In this document: piece after piece, positions 14,131 through 26,471 of the stretch
How the letters are laid out: the number at the start of each line of letters is the position of its first letter
Numbering within the stretch: the first letter of the stretch is position 1
Source: Marsupella aquatica
Taxonomy: Eukaryota > Plantae > Marchantiophyta
Length of the DNA: 64,000 bases
Assembly: GCA_973895155.1 (NCBI GenBank)
Contig: OZ316891.1
Location: 22,523,784-22,587,783, forward strand
Direction of reading: 5' to 3'
Translations under genes and position numbers: made by a program
The notes under the pieces: model-generated
Database searches by the model: none
Told to the model about the DNA's origin: nothing
Seen by the model: the letters and a program-made list of their open reading frames with translations, nothing else

Positions 14131-17100
14131 TTAGCGCGAGGCAGGAGAGTGAATGCCACATTCAGTCTTGAGGCTTCCATCCTTGTTCGTAAAACCCTGC
14201 ATCAAATTATAGATATATATCAGATTCAAATGGTACCACGAGGACTTCATCTCCCTAAATTAGATGCGACAAAACTATGCGGTTGCCACATTGCATCTGT
14301 TTTTCAAAAACTCCGTCATGCTGTCCTTCCAAGCCTCAAGACAATTATCCCTTCGTGACTATGTGATCAAAACGTTCGAAATGTTACGTTTTCTCTTAGC
14401 GGTGTTCTTCCTCCTAACGAGAATGTAGATTACTATAGACACTTTCCAAAGCGGGACAGTCCCTTTTGCAAATCCCGTGTATATCTAGCAGTCAAAATGT
14501 GCACGGTGAGTGTAGTTCACTTCTGAATGGTCGCTGACAAGTTCCAATGGCACACAATCTCTAGCATGGGTATATTGAGCGCACTAGGGGCCAATAGTTA
14601 CACTAGAATAAAACTATGATTTAAGTGCAAATATTCTCAACAGTATGTTTCAGCGAGTAAGAATAAATCTTAGGGCTTTTCTCAATGATTTGCTCCAGTG
14701 AGTAAGAATACATCTTATGGAGTCAAGATTGAAGGCTCCTTCTTTCTTCTAGTTCATTTATCCTCAAGCTTTGGCCAAATGACTGAAGGCAAGTAACATC
14801 TTTATGCATTGGTAGGTCAACATTACCTGGAAGCGGCCAGATCGTTCTCCAGCATATTCAAACCATTTCTCCTTTGCAACCGGCAGTGTGCTGTGAATAT
14901 CTCCAATGCTTGGATAGCCTTCATCATGGAGTGGGTGATAAGGAAGTTGATATTTTTCAATATAGTCCCAGCAATCTCTGCATGGATGACCGAAGAACTA
15001 AGTCAGGTCTCAGGATATGGAATGTCAAAGCTAGATCATCGCAGCAGGGCAACCGTTCCATCAGCATTTATTGAACAATATTTTAAGTTGAACACTCTAC
15101 CTGAATTCCCAGTAGGCAAGTGGTTGGACTTTTGCCATTTTACCTCCTTCAAAAATCTGCACCAAAACATTAAATAACCTCAGATGTTGTGTTCAAACAA
15201 AAAACCTATATGATCTTTGGACCACCATATTGTACAGGCAAAGGCCATTTCTAAACTGTTAGAAGAACGATAATACAGGAAGATGCTAGTCATTATCATT
15301 GGGATGCTCCAGAGAAGAGCGCAGTCCAGAAATTTGTTGGACTTATTCTTAAGTATCAGTATTTTCACAGGGCTAATCATCACATGTTCCAACTTACTCA
15401 CCAATTCTGGAAGTTGGACCACTGACCGAAACTATGAGATTGCATGCTTTACTAAAACATTTGCCAGGCATTATATCTTGATTATCCATATGTTTCAAAA
15501 TCAAAGCGTTGATGAGAAGAGCACGACAGAGACCTCAAGGTGGGCTCTCTCTGCACCATGGTCTCGCCTCCTACCATTAATCATAGCGTCAACCTGTACA
15601 GATTGAGCTCATGGTAAGTGCACAGTTAAACGTTGTAGTTACAGAGCTTTCACAGATACCAGAGGACAAGAGAGACTACAGCCAGCTAAGTAAGACCATC
15701 AACAAGTAATCGATTAGTCCGCACATGATGAGTTAACCGCTCCTTGCCCCACTGGGATATATTTGCTATCAAAGCCAAAAGAGGTGAGCAAGAAATTGAA
15801 GTCAGAATGGATGCACTAGCAATTCTTACCTGCAAAGTGCTTAGAGCACGATCAAAGGGTTCCACTTTGCAGATCTTGTCATACTCATCAATATCCTGGA
15901 CACATTAAAATGAAGGAAGATTCATGAATGCTCACTCTTGATGCACAGAAAGCTCTTTCAATTCTTTCCGTGCCAAACACAAGAGTCTTTGTGGTTTGAA
16001 CAGAATTTGATGCAATTCAATGAGATTGAGCATAATATTTTTACACGCATTAATATCAACGTGACAGTAACATTGAGCTTGATAAATATGTTAAATCCAA
16101 GAGTGCGTAAACTGTCTACAGTGCTGTTGTACTTTCCACTTTTGAAACTCTATCCTATATTGGTACTGTCCAATGCTGGCCACTAACTCCCATACACGAG
16201 TAAGGCTTTCCATTCTTACCGTGAGGAATAGATCTGACCCAAACTTCTCGTCATACTCTTCCTTGTTGGCTACCCCAGCTGCCCGAAAGACCTGAGCTTT
16301 GAATCCATATTTTTTCTGCAACGGCAAGACATCGTCACTCACAAGATCCTCTCCTGAATGCAGGTCTTGAGCTTCAAATAGATACTGAAAAGTGACGGAG
16401 TAGTCGCACAAACTTCATTCCCTTACTTACCTCTACTTTCGCCAGGAATTCGTACGTTTCAGGGAAAAGATGCAAGGTATCGATGAACACAACTTCAACT
16501 GTTTTCTCCTTGAAGGCTCCGATTCTGTGTAGCAGGTCCAAAATCACCTGGCATATAAAAGTGAGAAACGGTTTGAAAAGTGTGATTTGGAGTCTTCAAA
16601 TTCAGTGACTTCTTTCATCCAATCGAAACACCAATTCATTCGTTGATCCTAATTTTTCCAGATGAAAAGATTGCAATTATAGCTTTCGGTGATGTACGAT
16701 ACCAATGAATTTCCTCGGAGAAATCGACAGCTTCCTCAGTGAAATCGACAAATATAGTCCTAACTGAAGATCGGTGCTTTCAAACAAGAGTCTGCTTGTG
16801 CACTCGAAAGATGTGGCTAAGAGCTCTTGTAAGATTTTACGAGCATACCACGTCACCTGTGATCAATGCACATGGAAACGTTGGCCTCTGATAGTTCTCG
16901 ATGGACGTCTTCAGGGCGTCAATCGCTTGGGCCTCCAGAAACTCCAGCCGAGCAGCCTTCACCCGCTCATTCCAGCCACCAACATCCACAGCCCTCTCTT
17001 TTGCCACGCTGGTGCTTGCCTGCACCTGCCATCTGAATTTCAAACCGGTGCTACGTTCATATTGCTGGCCTAATGGGTAGGCATGACGAGCAGGTCTGCA

Positions 17101-17442
17101 GAAAATAACCACAGAAGAAGAGTGAGTGTTAGCCCCATTCCGAGCTGTCGCAATCCAAACACCGAACTCGGAGTCCCCAATCCCAAGTACCAGCAAGTAG
17201 ACAGCTCGGAGTACTTGCTGGTACTTGGGATCGCTGTTTACTTGCTGGTAATCTAGCAGCACACAAGATTCTAAAAATTTCAGCAAGTAAACACCAAACT
17301 CCTACAAGCTTTGCCGAGCAAGACAAGGAGGTGGAAATTGGCACCTGAAACCAAGCAACTGCTGACGAAGCAAAGTTGCAGAACGTCCACAAGAAGCGGA
17401 AGAAGAAGCGAAGTGGGAAGGAGGAGCCAGCGCCATAGCCAT
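14131..17442 (-). CDS. APR-B: Adenosine 5'-phosphosulfate reductase APR-B (PAPS-reductase-like, no FeS cluster), plastid-targeted, 9 exons, ~318 aa
   Basis: Exons 17442-17345, 17095-16849, 16547-16431, 16315-16220, 15895-15830, 15593-15534, 15156-15101, 14977-14827, 14196-14131, all GT-AG and in frame (957 nt). Motifs: FPCALITGDVVILDLL, VVFIDTLHLFPETY, YDKICKVEP, NGRRRDHG, YHPLHDEGYPSIGD, ERSGRF, catalytic ECGIH. No CC/CxxC pairs and no C-terminal thioredoxin-like domain. Confidence 0.92.
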
Positions 17443-18161
17443 AATGGCAAGAACAGTCTAGTCACGTCTCAGCTTTCTCGCCTACTGAGCGAGTGGGTGG
17501 CACGAAACAATCTGAACTTGGTCCGATAGTCCACGAAATCTCTGCACTTTCTCTACAGACACTCCGTTGCTGCTCTGCTCCAGCTTCTTTGTGTCCATAA
17601 TCTTTCTGGGATTTGCATGCTAGCTCACAAAGGAGCTCCTCCCGTAATTTATGGAGATCCTGTACAGCAGTGATCAATTCCAAAGGGGGAAAGGACGATA
17701 GAAATCTGGGAACGAAGGGCTAGTGGGAAATCTTGAGCTGGGTTGTCGTCTTCTAGACTGTCTACTCGATCACCTTTCCTGCAAAGACTGCAGAATGACG
17801 TCTAACAGCACATAATTTTGCCCAAGAAGATGTGTGGGCAGTGGTTTGTGACCTCACCTGGCGGCTCGTTATTGACCAGGGTGATCTAGTGGTCAACGCG
17901 GTCAGAATCAAGCCTAGGACCGTATTGGCATCTTTCAATTTCTAATTTTTTTTAATATTGGTTCCCTATGAGTGTTGGTGACTCAAATTGGGAAGGGGTA
18001 GAAATCTATCATTGACAGACTAGTTCTCAGTTTGAGTATGGACAAGCTTGTTGCACTAGTAAAAAGACAACCAAGAAACAGCGAGGTAAATCACCCAACA
18101 ATTGAAGGTCAGGTTTAAGGTTTGAATTGTTTTCTAGTTCTGGGACTGAGAAAAATGAGAC

Positions 18162-21100
18162 TGTTGATGAATGTTAGAAATGAGAATGAATCATATACTT
18201 TCACTGAATCGGTAGTATATGGATACATGGTATGGTTGGGGTTAAGATAACCCAAGTTTATATTACCCTAGTTATGGGTAGAGTCTAACACTCCCCCTTG
18301 ACTATGTAGTGGTAACTATGTAGTCAACAGTGCTATAACTAGGTTTAATATATCATGTTTATAAATTACATGATATTGATACATTGGAGGAAGAGTGCCT
18401 CGTTAAAACCTTTAACAACTTAATATAAAAACTCTATCGGCATAGTAGAGAAAAATCTATAGTTCTAAAGGAAAAAGAGTACAGTCTTATGATCTTCATT
18501 GACAAAATTAGTTTTTCAGAGGTTCAGTAGTAGTAAGAGTTCCAACTGTATCTATATCATCAGCAGCAGCTTCAATCAAGTCTCTGACATCATTTTGCGT
18601 AAGCTCCGAAGTCCAATCTTGTGACAGTGTCGTTGATGAACAGTTGGTGTCAACGATTTAGTGAAGAGGTCAGCACAATTGTTTTCACTTGCTATTTGCA
18701 TCACGTTGATTTCTTTTCCATGTAATTCATGAGTGTAGAAGAACTTCGGCGCGATATGCTTCACACGATCACCTTTAATGAATCCTCGTGTGATCTGTTG
18801 AATACAAGCTGCATTGTCTTCAAATATATTAGTAGGTTGGGTTAGTTTGAAGCCGCTTTGTACTTGTATGTGGTTAATCAGTGATTGTAACCATATGGCT
18901 TCTCGACTAGCTTCATGAAGAGCTAAAATTTCAGAGTGGTTAGAGGATGTAGCTGTTAAGGTTTGTTTAACGCTCTTCGAGGAAATAGTTGTGCCTCCAC
19001 TAAGGAAGACATATCCCGTTTGAGATTTTGCAGTGTCGGTATCTGAAAGATAACCGGCATCAGCATATCCTACAATCTCGTGTGTAGAGTTAAATGGAAA
19101 AAATAAACCCGTGTCTGTATGTCCACGTAAGTAACGGAATATATGTTTAATGTCGTTCCAATGGCGAGTAGTGGGGTTTGCGCTATGTCTTGCTAAGAGA
19201 TTTACTGCAAATGAAATGTTTGGTCGAGTTTGGTTAGCTAAGTACATGAGTGCACCTATAGCTGATAGGTAAGGGGTTTCAGGTCCTAAGTTGGTTCATG
19301 TTCTTCGCATTTGCGAAAAACATCACTACTATTTTCTAAGGATCTGACTACCATTGGTGATGTCAGTGGGTGAGCTAAATGCATGTTAAACTGTTTAAGG
19401 ATTTTCTCTGTATATGTGGTTTGATGTAATAACATGCCAGTGGGCAAGGTGTCGAGTTGTAGACCAAGGCAAAAGTTAGTTTTACCAAGGTCTTTCATCT
19501 CGAAAGTGGACTTTAAGGTGTTGATGGTATATTCTGTAATTTTTGGAGTGCCAAAAATGTTTAAATCATCGACATAGATAGCAATGATGACAAATTCATC
19601 ATCAACATGCTTAATAAATAGGCATGGTGCAATAGCATCATGGGAGAATCCCATGGAAATCATCTTATCTGTAAATCTTTGATACCATACTCTGCCACTT
19701 TGTTTAAGGCCATATAGAGCCTTCAACACGCGGATACTTAGTCCGCGGCGAGTATGTCGTACGGTGGACACAGTGGTGTCAGAATGTGTATTAGACACAT
19801 TAGTAGAAAGATGAGATGATGTTGTAATGAGCTTATGTAAATATGGAATATGGGATTTAGCTCCTTGAGTTAAAGCAAGTTTACGTGTTTCTAATTTCGG
19901 TGGTGCACGCATATAAATACACGTGTCCAATGTCCCATAAAGGTATGCAGTAGCGACATCCATTTGTCGCATTTTTAGTTTATGAAAAATTGCAAAACTG
20001 ATAAGGTATCGAAAAGTTATGGTATCCAATACTGGTGAGTAGGTCTCATTGTAATGGATGCCATGTTGTTGAGTAAAGCCTTTTCCGACTAAGCGGGCTT
20101 TATAACGGACAACTTGTCCTTTATCATTTCGTTTACGAACAAAGGTCCATTTATATCCAATTAAATGAACGTCCGGTGGTGTTAATTCCACCGGTCCAAA
20201 GGTGTTTGGACTTAGTAGAGAATCAAGTTCTCCATTAATAGCTTCTTGCCACTTAGGCCAGTCAGGTCTGTTCTGGCATTCTAAAATGGTTAATGGTTCT
20301 GGTGTTTCATCCGTGATGGTTTTAGCAACCATGGATGCAAAACATTTGTTTGGAATGGTGGTTTGTCGATTCCAGATTTCACCAGAATGGGTGTAATGGA
20401 TTGACATTTCATCATTACTTGGAGAAGAATCAACTGGGATTTGTATCCTCGCTGGTGCATTTGCCACAGGGATATGCGAATGAGTTATCTTTGTGGTATC
20501 CACAAAGGAATCAGGTAACTCCTCCACTATCTTGTGGAGTTGTAAGATGCGTTGTACTTCCTTCTCCCCCTGGTTTGTTCTAATATCCTCCCAAAATGGA
20601 GAAGTACATTCCCACTCCAAAAGTGGTGGTGGGTTCGTGTCAGGGTTATGTAGTTTGGGAAAGATATTTTCATCAAAGTGGCAATCTGCAAATCTAGCCT
20701 TGAAAAGATCACCTGTGGTAGGTTCTAAATATCGGATAATGGACGGAGAGTCGTATCCAACATAGATCCCCAACTGTCATTGAGGTCCCATCTTTGTTCG
20801 TTTGGGTGGAGTTATGGGAACCATAACTTGGCATCCAAACGATCGAAGATGAGATAGGTCAGGTTGTCTACCGTTATTCAGGTGATAAGGGCTATAGTCA
20901 TTAAATGCAGATGGTCTATATTGGATTAAGGCATTAGCATGCAATATAGCATGGCCCCATGCAGTAACAGGGAGTTGAGTTTGCATTAGTAAGGGGCGGG
21001 CAATAAGTTGTAAGCGCTTGATGATTGCTTCAGCCAATCCATTTTGAAAATGGACATGTGGGACTGGGTATTGAATATCAATACCAAGTGATGCGCAAAA

Positions 21101-24100
21101 ATCATCGAAAGTAGATGATGTAAACTCCCCCGCATTATCTACGCGCAAAGTCTTAATGGGTTGGTCTGGAAATTGTGCTTTAAGTCGCAGAATTTGTGTC
21201 AAAATTCGGGGAATGATTAAGTTGCGTGTGGAAAGGAGAGTCACATTTGACCATTTTGTTGATGCATCAATTATCCCCATAAAGTAGCGGAATGGTCCGC
21301 TAGGTGGGTTAATAGGGCCGCAAATGTCAACATGTAAAAAGGCTAGGAATTCAGGTATTTTGTTTGGCAATTTGGAAAATGAAGGTTTAGCAATTAGTTT
21401 GCCTTGTGAGCATGCTGAGCATGGCATGGTGATGGCAATGTGGCGAATATTGGTTGGAATGCCTTGAGTATGCTTCTTTATTTTGTTCAGCATAGATTGG
21501 CCAGGGTGGCCTAGGCGTGTATGCCATAGCTTGTTTAAAGGGTTGGATTGAAGTGTATTATATAAGCATTCAATGTGTGTTAGATAAAAACCCACATGAG
21601 TACGAGAATAAAGTTTCTTTAATGATTTTTCCTAGAGGTGTATCTTCAACAATATGAAGAACCTCTTGGGAATTAGTATTTCCAGTTTGGACATGGAGTC
21701 CATTCGCTCGCAAATCTCTGAAACTTAAAAGGTTTCTAGTGGCTTGTGGTGCATATATGGCTGATTCTATATGTATTTTTGTTCCTTGAGGTAACCTCAA
21801 GGAGGCTGGATCGTAACCCTCTTCTATTTGGTTAGAACCATTTATAGTCATAATTGAATGACTAGAGGGTGTGATTCTATGAAATAGTTTTCTATCCCGT
21901 AGGATAGAGTGTGTGGTACCGCTATCAATTATGCATGTGCTTAAGCCATCTAGCTCCATTGGTGTAGATGTGGATGCAACTAAGTGAGTTTCAGGGTTTG
22001 CTTCAAAATCCTGAAATGGATCGTGAGATTCCATGAAAGTACCATGGGTCTCGCGTGGTGTGACATCCGATTTTGTCTCCTTAAGGGAACGCTGATATAG
22101 TTCCCTAAGATGTTTCGGGATTCTACAGTTACGAGCAAGATGGTTGCTCATACCACATTGGTGGCATACCATTGGAGATGAGCGTTGAGATCTCCTAGGT
22201 TGGCTGTTTTGCCTATAGTTTCCGCCTTTGTGGTTTCTAGTTAATCTACCACCTCTGGGGTGCTGTTGGTTACGTCCATTGAATGGACGGCGTTTAAAGT
22301 TTTGTTGTTGTCTATGGTTAAAATAACTCCCCCTATTGGAGTTATTGCTATGTTTTCTGCCTTTACTTTGTTTGGTGGATTTACGGTTTGTCTGGCTTGA
22401 GGTTTTGTACGGTGTGTGCTTCTGTTAACTGTGTGGTTGCTAAGGTTCCTGCTGGGCGCTTCTTTGAGTTTATTAGCAGTAGTTGTTGCTGTTGTTCAGC
22501 AACCAGTAGGTGTGATAAGAGTTCAGAATATTGCGTAAACTTCATGTTGCGATATTGAGTCGCAAGCACTAGGTTTGTAGAATGAAAAGTGGATAAGGTC
22601 TTTTCTAATAGGTCATCATCGGATGTTGTCTCACCGCATAGGGTAAGGGTAGAGGTTATCCTAAATAGTTCATTATTGTAGGTTGAGACGGAAGTGAAGT
22701 CTTGAACCCTGAGGTTCATCCAGTCTTGTTTGGCTCGAGGTAGCGCCACGAGTTTCTGGTGGTCATACCTCATCTGGAGGGCTAACCATAGCTCTCGTGG
22801 TGAGGTTAAGTGAAAATATTGCATTTATAGGAATTGGTGTAGGTGTCTTCGGATAAAGACTAATGCCTGAGCCTCTTCGACGTCTGGCATGTGGGTTTCT
22901 ATGGCTCGCGAGAGGGATTTGGCTTTCAGATGGGTCTTTATGTCTAAAGACCAGGCAAGGTAGTTACTACCTTCTAATTCTAAAGCGGGAAATTGCAATT
23001 TTTCTAAGTTCGCCATCTCGGAGTGTCTTGAGTGCAGCAGTGATGTGCGTATATAGGTAGTATATATAGTCAAAAGGAAATGCACATTTGCCGCATGTAA
23101 TGGTAGGAGAGGGTTGAGTAAGTGTATGCAAATTAACCTAGGTCGTCGGCAAGTAAAGTGAGAATGATTAGGTTTTTGCGTGATTTAGGGTTTGCACTTG
23201 ATGTGTTGGATTTCTTTGTATTTGGATAAGTGCACACTATCCTTTGTATTTTGGATTTTATGTGTATTCATTGTGCAGTTATGTAGGTTTGCAGTTAACT
23301 CTTTAAGTGCACATAAATACACAGAAAGCAGGAAAGATTTGTTAAATGTTGCACTTAAGGAGGGTAGCGGTTAGGTAATGTATCTCGCGAGGCGATGGTG
23401 CCCCTCTCAATCTGGTTCGCCTCCACCTCCTTCAAGGTCGTGGCTATGGTGATTCAGGAGTTCTTGTGTTTTCTCATACAGGTGCTTGGCAGCCTCCGTC
23501 GTTTAATTCTTCCTCTTGTGCTAACAGCGGATAAGGCCATTGTGACTTCACTTCGGATTGCTTCAACCCGAGTGCTAACCGATAATGCTTGACGGAGGTG
23601 AAATCTTGAGGTGTCCACTAGATGCTTGGTTCTCCTCAGCAATCGCAGAGAATTTCCTTATGGTTGAATCTTGCTTCCCAGAGTTTCAAGTTCCTTCAAT
23701 CTCTTGCTCTTTTGTGTAGCAACACACGAATACTCGTACAGTCGATCCTTGAGCATGTCAGTACTTTCGTTTCAATATTCATCACCATATATTTGCGTTG
23801 ATTGATGATTGATCTTGTCTCAATCTATAAGCCAGGTTCTTTGAAATTATGGGTTCCCGTTCTGAATTTTCAAGTCGATTTTGCACGGATTCATTTGAAT
23901 CGGTTGTTGCTTTGCTCTTTTGTCTTTCTTTCCTGGACCTTCTTCTGCTTCGTGCGTCCTCCCGGTTACGAGGTCGCACTTCTGTTTCTAACCTTCAAAA
24001 TCTCTAAGTCACAAATCCCTGAGGTTGGTCCCGCAAATTTCATAGTGTTTCTGGTAGAAATTCAATCCAAATTGTCTCATTCAAGTAATTCTGCTTGCAA

Positions 24101-24464
24101 ATGTCACACAAACTTGAGCAACTAGGGAGGCTGGCAGTATAGCCAGTGTCAATTTCTTTGTTTGCCGTTTGGAGAAACGCAAAGCAACATTACGAGCAAT
24201 AGCCATGACATAGAATCATGTTGATTTCTCATATCAATTCTTCAGGGCTCTTTTCTGCTCGTTCAAGTCATTTCTGTGGTGACATTGCAATCTTCTCAGC
24301 CATTCTCAGCCGGATCAGCGTACGTGCTGATAACGTGTTGATGAATGTTAGAAATGAGAATGAATCGTATCCTTTCACTGAATTGGTAGTATATGGATAC
24401 ATGGTATGGTTGGGGTTAAGATAACCCAAGTTTATATTACCCTAGTTATGGGTAGAGTCTAACA
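18162..24464 (-). mobile_element. Full-length, defective Ty1/copia LTR retrotransposon, Bianca-like lineage
   Basis: 129-bp TG..CA LTRs at 18162-18290 and 24336-24464 (3 mismatches); 5-bp TSD GAGAC both sides; PPT next to 18291; PBS CGTTATCAGCACG next to the 5' LTR. Gag starts MANLEKLQFPALEL; RT motif IYVDDLNIFG. Confidence 0.95.
18576..23016 (-). pseudogene. Disrupted gag-pol of the Bianca-like element (Gag, CCHC, PR, INT, RT, RNase H)
   Basis: Domains in copia order: CHQCGMSNHLARNC, IIDSGTTH, LWHTRLGH...C..C, DICGP/VDNAGEF/NGLAE, YVDD, GYADAG..EDNAAC..ADLFTK. In-frame stops at ~22825, ~20777 and ~19286; frameshifts at ~22400 and ~21590. Confidence 0.9.
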
Positions 24465-25186
24465 GAGACTACAGTAGTTGAGTGTAACAATTTTGCAAAC
24501 TTCGTATTGGCATTTCGCAATTTGAGAGAAACTCACATCTAATTTCTCCCTTTATTTTTATTTTTAAGTTTTAGTTTTTTTTGGTTTGAATAGAAATGTT
24601 AAGTTCAAACAACTGACGCCGAGTTAGAAAGGGGCCCTCTTTTGTTAGTTGGATCAGACAATGAAGAAAAGTTCTAGACATAAAATTGACCATTAAGATC
24701 CATGAAAGCAAGTAATTGATGGACCAATTAAGATTCATGACCAAGGCCACTTCATTGATGAAAGGTGCAGAAATGGGGCAAGAGCTTACAACAGTTTAAA
24801 ATAATTTGATACAGTCATTGTAGTTTACTCTCTAAGCCTAACCTTTTAAGCCAAACATCCTAAATCATATTGTCTCCTTTCACCAACCAGTGAAAATTAA
24901 GACTCACTAATATGATTACTTGGTATTCGTTGACCACTAGGTTGGAAAGGTGGGGAAGTTGATTGACCTTGGTGGGTGTGTCCACTTACATTCTGGGGCC
25001 AAGGGCGTCGAATGCTGGCCTTGGCAGTCGTAAATGGAGGGCCAGGGCATTGGGGTGTTGCAACCTGGACATGGTGGGGGTTCCAAAACTGGGTTGTACA
25101 GGCTGCTCCCAAAAAAGTATTTCAGGCCAGACCGGATTAGCTGTTGGGTGGACTGCTCTTACACTGGGCAGGACTGCTCTTACATC

Positions 25187-25689
25187 TTAAAACACCACTA
25201 GCCATGACAAAACCTAGATCCACCAGGGTTTCACCATTCATTGTAATTTTTTACCTGAAACAAATTGGCACGGGAGAGGAATGCATGAGTGGAATGTGAG
25301 AAGAGGGGGCCACCTCGGACACTTCCTTTCAAATTGGCACAGGAGAGGAATGTAGTGAGTGCAATGTGGAAAGGGGGCAGTCTTGGACACTTCCTCTTAT
25401 GCATGGTTAGTGGCAGTTTAAAACACATGCTCGAAGTAAAGTGCTCATAGCTGGTCCTGATAGCCACTGGGCTCTTACACCTTAAACCGCCACTAGCCAT
25501 GCAATGTCCAAGATTTCCCCATTTTTCACTTTCCACTCATTCTTCTCCTCTCATCTTCCAAATTGCTTGACACATTCAAGAAAGGATACTATTTATGGTG
25601 ATTATTTATGGTTACAAATTCAAGAATGGTGATTATTTATGGTGAAACCTGGTGTAACCCGTTTTTTGCCATGGCTAGTGGTGTTTTAA
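25187..25689. mobile_element. Two ~210-235 bp MITE-like elements in opposite orientation, with TTAA-flanked TIRs
   Basis: 25187-25421: TTAAAACACCACTAGCCATG...CATGGTTAGTGGCAGTTTAA. 25482-25689: TTAAACCGCCACTAGCCATG...CATGGCTAGTGGTGTTTTAA. The internal sequences are reverse-complement similar. Confidence 0.6.
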
Positions 25690-26471
25690 AACACACATAG
25701 GGGTCATGGTAGTACAAGGGCGACAGAAGTCGGAGGTGTTTTAAAACACACATAGGGGTCATGGTCCCACAAGGGCTACAGATTTGGGAAAAAGGGTGAC
25801 GCAATTAGATGGGAGGAAAATCTTAGGCGAGGGCCATTTCTTTGCCAAACTTTTGTATAATTAGCCAACAGGAATCGAAGTAAGGGTTCGGTTGTGTGCA
25901 TCACGAAGCGCTTCTTAAAATATTCATTTGTCAAAATGCCAAGAACAAATGGCAAGTCTGGGGATCCCCCATTTGTCGACATCTAGGGGGCTCACTAGGA
26001 CTGGCTAGAACTCACTCCCAGCTCTTGTGCTGCATTGTTCTGCCAGTTTTCTCTCTTTGAGATGTGCTCGTAATTGATCACAAAAACACACCAATGTATA
26101 AGAAAAGGGATGGAATGAAAGAAGGAATGCAAGCATTTACAAGTAGATTGAATTAGAGAATGAAGGATTCTTTCTTCTGTGTCGTCTTAAGGATCAGCTT
26201 GACATTTCCCATTCAATTTGTAACATCAGCCATTGCGTTCTGGAAGAACAATTCCTCTTCTTCTTGGATTGATAGTTGGTAGAGACACTGCAGGATATTT
26301 CTGCTGAGCAAAATGGGACGAGTGACAAAACGATGTAGGGGCATTGAGGAACCGATTCTTAACCTAAATAAGGTTCAGATGGGTTGCACAACCACTTGCT
26401 ATCTGCAAAATGTGTCTCTTCTCGCGTTCATCTCTTCAACTCTACTGAGCTCTACTGAGGGAGAACTATTA

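Noticed and set aside
18157-18161. Bianca TSD GAGAC equals the sulfur-responsive element (SURE) core, upstream of APR-B
   Set aside because: A 5-mer is expected by chance about every 0.5 kb counting both strands; no supporting context.
21570-21600. GGGTTTTT at the PR/INT frameshift as a programmed slippery site
   Set aside because: The required shift is +1 and the heptamer is not in the zero frame. The element has several other lesions, so a homopolymer indel or sequencing error is more likely.
23017-24320. Extra ORF in the 1.3-kb leader of the Bianca-like element
   Set aside because: Only short, unconnected ORFs without recognisable motifs.
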